Assembly (NCBI GenBank): GCA_963693365.1
Contig: CAVNZM010000013.1
Location: 8,742,940 to 8,806,939 of the forward strand
Direction: 5' to 3'
DNA length: 64,000 nt
From: Amoebidium appalachense
Lineage: Eukaryota > Protista > Ichthyosporea
Shown: in pieces, positions 49,331 through 64,000 of the stretch
Position numbering within the stretch: position 1 is the first letter of the stretch
How the letters are laid out: each line of letters starts with the position of its first letter
Translations under genes and position numbers: made by a program
Notes under the pieces: generated by a model
The model's input: only the letters and a program-made list of their open reading frames with translations
Database searches by the model: none
What the model was told of the DNA's origin: nothing

Positions 49331-51202
49331 CGTGTACGTGATTGCGTGTGCGTGCATGCATGTATGTGCGCTTCTGTGTATGTTTATGCAAACGGACAGG
49401 GACATAGAAAAAGGACTGGCCTGCGGTGTTTGTGTATCAGATAGTCTGTGCGTTTAAAACTTTTGGTGTCCTGCCATGTTTTGAAGTTCACACCATTGCC
49501 AGTCGTCTTCGCGCATCTCCCACATAATGAGATAATGTGGTTTTTCATATCCCGGCCCTTGGAATCCCCTTGTCTGCAGCGCCTTTACCTCCATTCTTTG
49601 CTACCGTTCTCGGCTCTCTGAAAAACGATATCATGTATATATATTTACAGCGTTGAGTTGGGGCAACGGGGGCATTGGCAATGCAACCTGCGACATGTTT
49701 GAAACTCTGTTTGAAACGTGCAACTTCAAGTTGCAGCACCTGACAACAGCTGATTTGTGATTGGGCGACTAGCTGCTGCGGCGTTCCTATTGGCCTCTCA
49801 AGCCCGCCTTCCGGGCTGTGGTATGTGGGGCCATATCCTAACTGCTCAACAAAAAAGTAGATCGGTGATATAAGTTTGATAAAAAGTTTTTATAATTTTG
49901 AATGATGGTTTGCAGTCTCGTTTAAACTCTAACGGTCGTTTTAGATTACCTACAGATTTGGTCAGAAACCACAAATGTAAAGGTTGTTGATTGGCTAAAT
50001 TTTAACGCTATGAGATCCGATAATTGTCACACTAGCCCAAAAAATATTAGACAGAAGTTGGAAACGTATTGGTGATTGCTCAATTTTTTTTAAATGGAGT
50101 TTATTTAACGAACACATGAAGTCAACTTTGAGGTTTACCCGTTGAGTCGGGGACCTGAGGCTGCTAGCTGGCAACCCCCCCGGCCGGTCTCGGATGATAT
50201 CGTAGCCGGAGCTATTTTGTTGCCACCTGATTTGTGTATTATCACTTATCTGCATCACCGCATAGATGACTGGCATGAAACGCACCGAAAAATCCGCTCG
50301 TGCGTGCGGACCTGTCTTGTCTTGGCCTGAACTGATCCCCGCATGCAAGTCACTCTTCCCTCCGGGCTGTCCGTGTGTTACAAAGAGGGCGAGAGATAGC
50401 CCACTGCAACTTGTGTTTGGTTGAACTTACTTCAAGAAAAACAAGAAAACTGAAAGTAGGTGCGGTTCTTTACGCAGCACGCTTAAGCTCTGAAGGGCTA
50501 GAAGCCTGCTGCTTACTCCCTTCCGTCTGTTGAATGCGACTTCGCTGCTTACTTGGACTTATAGGTCACCCGTATCAAACAGAAGGCGCCTCTTGACATG
50601 TGCTGGAGACGTGCAAGATAGGCTCAATAGCTCGGAGTACATTGACTCTTAGTCGCGACTAAATGAGAACCTGGTTACTCGAAACCTTTCAAAGAGAAAG
50701 GAAAGCAACAGACCAGCTCCTGCCATCTTTCACTCCTTGAGAACATAGCTTAGTTGTTCTCTACCTCAGCCGTTGAAGGAGGGCATATTACGGCTGGCTT
50801 CCGGTCACAGTGGCAAGAAAACCCAACGTTTGATAGCTAAGTGAAGGGTATGCAGCTCTGGTATGTGGCAGACACAGATCTACTTAAGTGCTGGCCCGCA
50901 CTTTGCTAGCACTTGCTTGGCTCTTTTTCTGGCAAGGGGCATGCCGAGAAACCAAGCTACTTACCGACACATGTTCTGTTCCTGGATGGCTCAGGCACAC
51001 ACGCTGTTGGGGATCTTGTTATGTCTTGAACTCCATCTACTTGTTTGGGCTTATTCTACTTAAGTGCTTGTTAAGTTGCTTGTTGATGTCTGGTTGCCGG
51101 TGGGTCCTGTCCTGCCTTCAAGGGATGTGCTACACACCGATCTTACACCAGTGCCCTGACACTGATGCCACCCAACCAGGGCCAGTGCAGCTAGCAAGCA
51201 AC

Positions 51203-62891
<11,689 letters not shown>

Positions 62892-64000
62892 CAGCCCCAC
62901 CCCCACAACACGTGTGCGTAGATATTAGCCTCTGTGTGATCGTGATGACATGTAGGTGTGCTTGTCATTCCCATGCACCAGGAGATATTACCTTAATTGT
63001 ATAGTCCACGTAAGCACACAATAAGGGGTGATGATAAGTATAAAACACGAATTTCTCGGAAGATATGAGTTGCTTAGAAATAGGTCAGTGATGCTTGGAT
63101 ATAATAAACCACTTATGTATGCATGGCCGCCGGGAAAACGGGCAGGCTATCCATGGTCAAATGGTTATGTAGGTTGGCCAGGCAGAGAATCTTGGCTACG
63201 TTACCAGATTAACATTGATGCAGTTGTCATGAATGTGCACTTTTCCTGTAAATGTACTTGTAGCTGCTGGAAAATAAATGGAAGCACCTGATACAATCCC
63301 GTGGCAACATTTATCTCTTGTATAGATTTTCTAAGTTTGCAAGCTGTGGTGCACGTAGGCCCGGGAGATTCGAATTCAGTACCGTCACAATCTGTAGAAC
63401 TATCAAATGCAAACATACATGGTACTTAGCCTACTTGGCAAACGCACTTCTGTATGCACTACGCACGCCGGTATACATAGCACTCACCATTCAGTGGTGC
63501 TCGTCACTTGATGATTTGCACACACCCTGGCCTCCCTGGCCAACAGTTTGCGGCACGCCGCTGTGTTAGTTCACACGGCCTGCATGCTGATCATGAGCTG
63601 GGCAGCGCCCGCGGCCCATGGCCAGGATTTGATCGGAATACCCGCCGGCAATGCACCAGTAAAGTGAGTTATGAAAATGACAAAACTTTGCCAGGATACT
63701 TTCCTTGTGCATCTGGCTATGCTGACATGGTACCGAAGTTTCCAGAGGGGTTGAATGGAAAAGCAACGCATGTGTTTAGACACTAAGCTATACAAGCACA
63801 AAGGGTAGAAATAATGGCTTCTCGGATTACCAAGTCACATACATCGGGCAAGCGCTGCACGAAACGGTCGTTCTACGCGCGCCGTGGCCCTGATCATATT
63901 TTAAACATTTAACTGTCACGCGTCTATCTTGGATTTGTCCGTTGCATGCGGATGCATAGCCTTGTACCCATTGGCTAGGAACGAACCAACTTTAACGACC

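Overview
This is intron-rich eukaryotic genomic DNA. The gene content points to a unicellular opisthokont or holozoan-like organism, which is an inference. Introns and intergenic DNA are saturated with (CA)n/(TG)n, (GA)n and long poly-C/poly-G runs, so most ORFs in the supplied track are artefacts. Manual splicing (GT/GC-AG, phases checked) gives six genes: (1) the 5' end of an isopentenyl-phosphate-kinase-like gene (minus strand, runs off the left edge); (2) a 22-exon GRIPAP1/GRASP-1-like coiled-coil gene with a probable GC-AG intron; (3) a RING-H2 + UIM-like + HeH/SAP-like + UBX fusion gene with a 1-nt homopolymer frameshift; (4) an intronless Mlx/Mondo-family bHLH-ZIP gene; (5) a 15-exon BT1 folate-biopterin transporter; (6) a 15-exon P5-type ATPase with a signal peptide, a Cys-rich ectodomain, extra N-terminal TM helices and a non-canonical M4 motif (HPMLP). 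Mobile DNA includes a 5'-truncated non-LTR retrotransposon fragment followed by (CA)n and poly-A, a 4-copy dispersed repeat with one copy interrupted by a 1.6-kb TIR element (the empty site is in the same window), a MITE-like element, and a 10-copy motif array separated by G-runs. The most notable candidates are the receptor-like P5 ATPase, the RING-UBX fusion, and splice sites fused directly to microsatellites or lacking polypyrimidine tracts. All family assignments come from recalled motifs; no searches were run.
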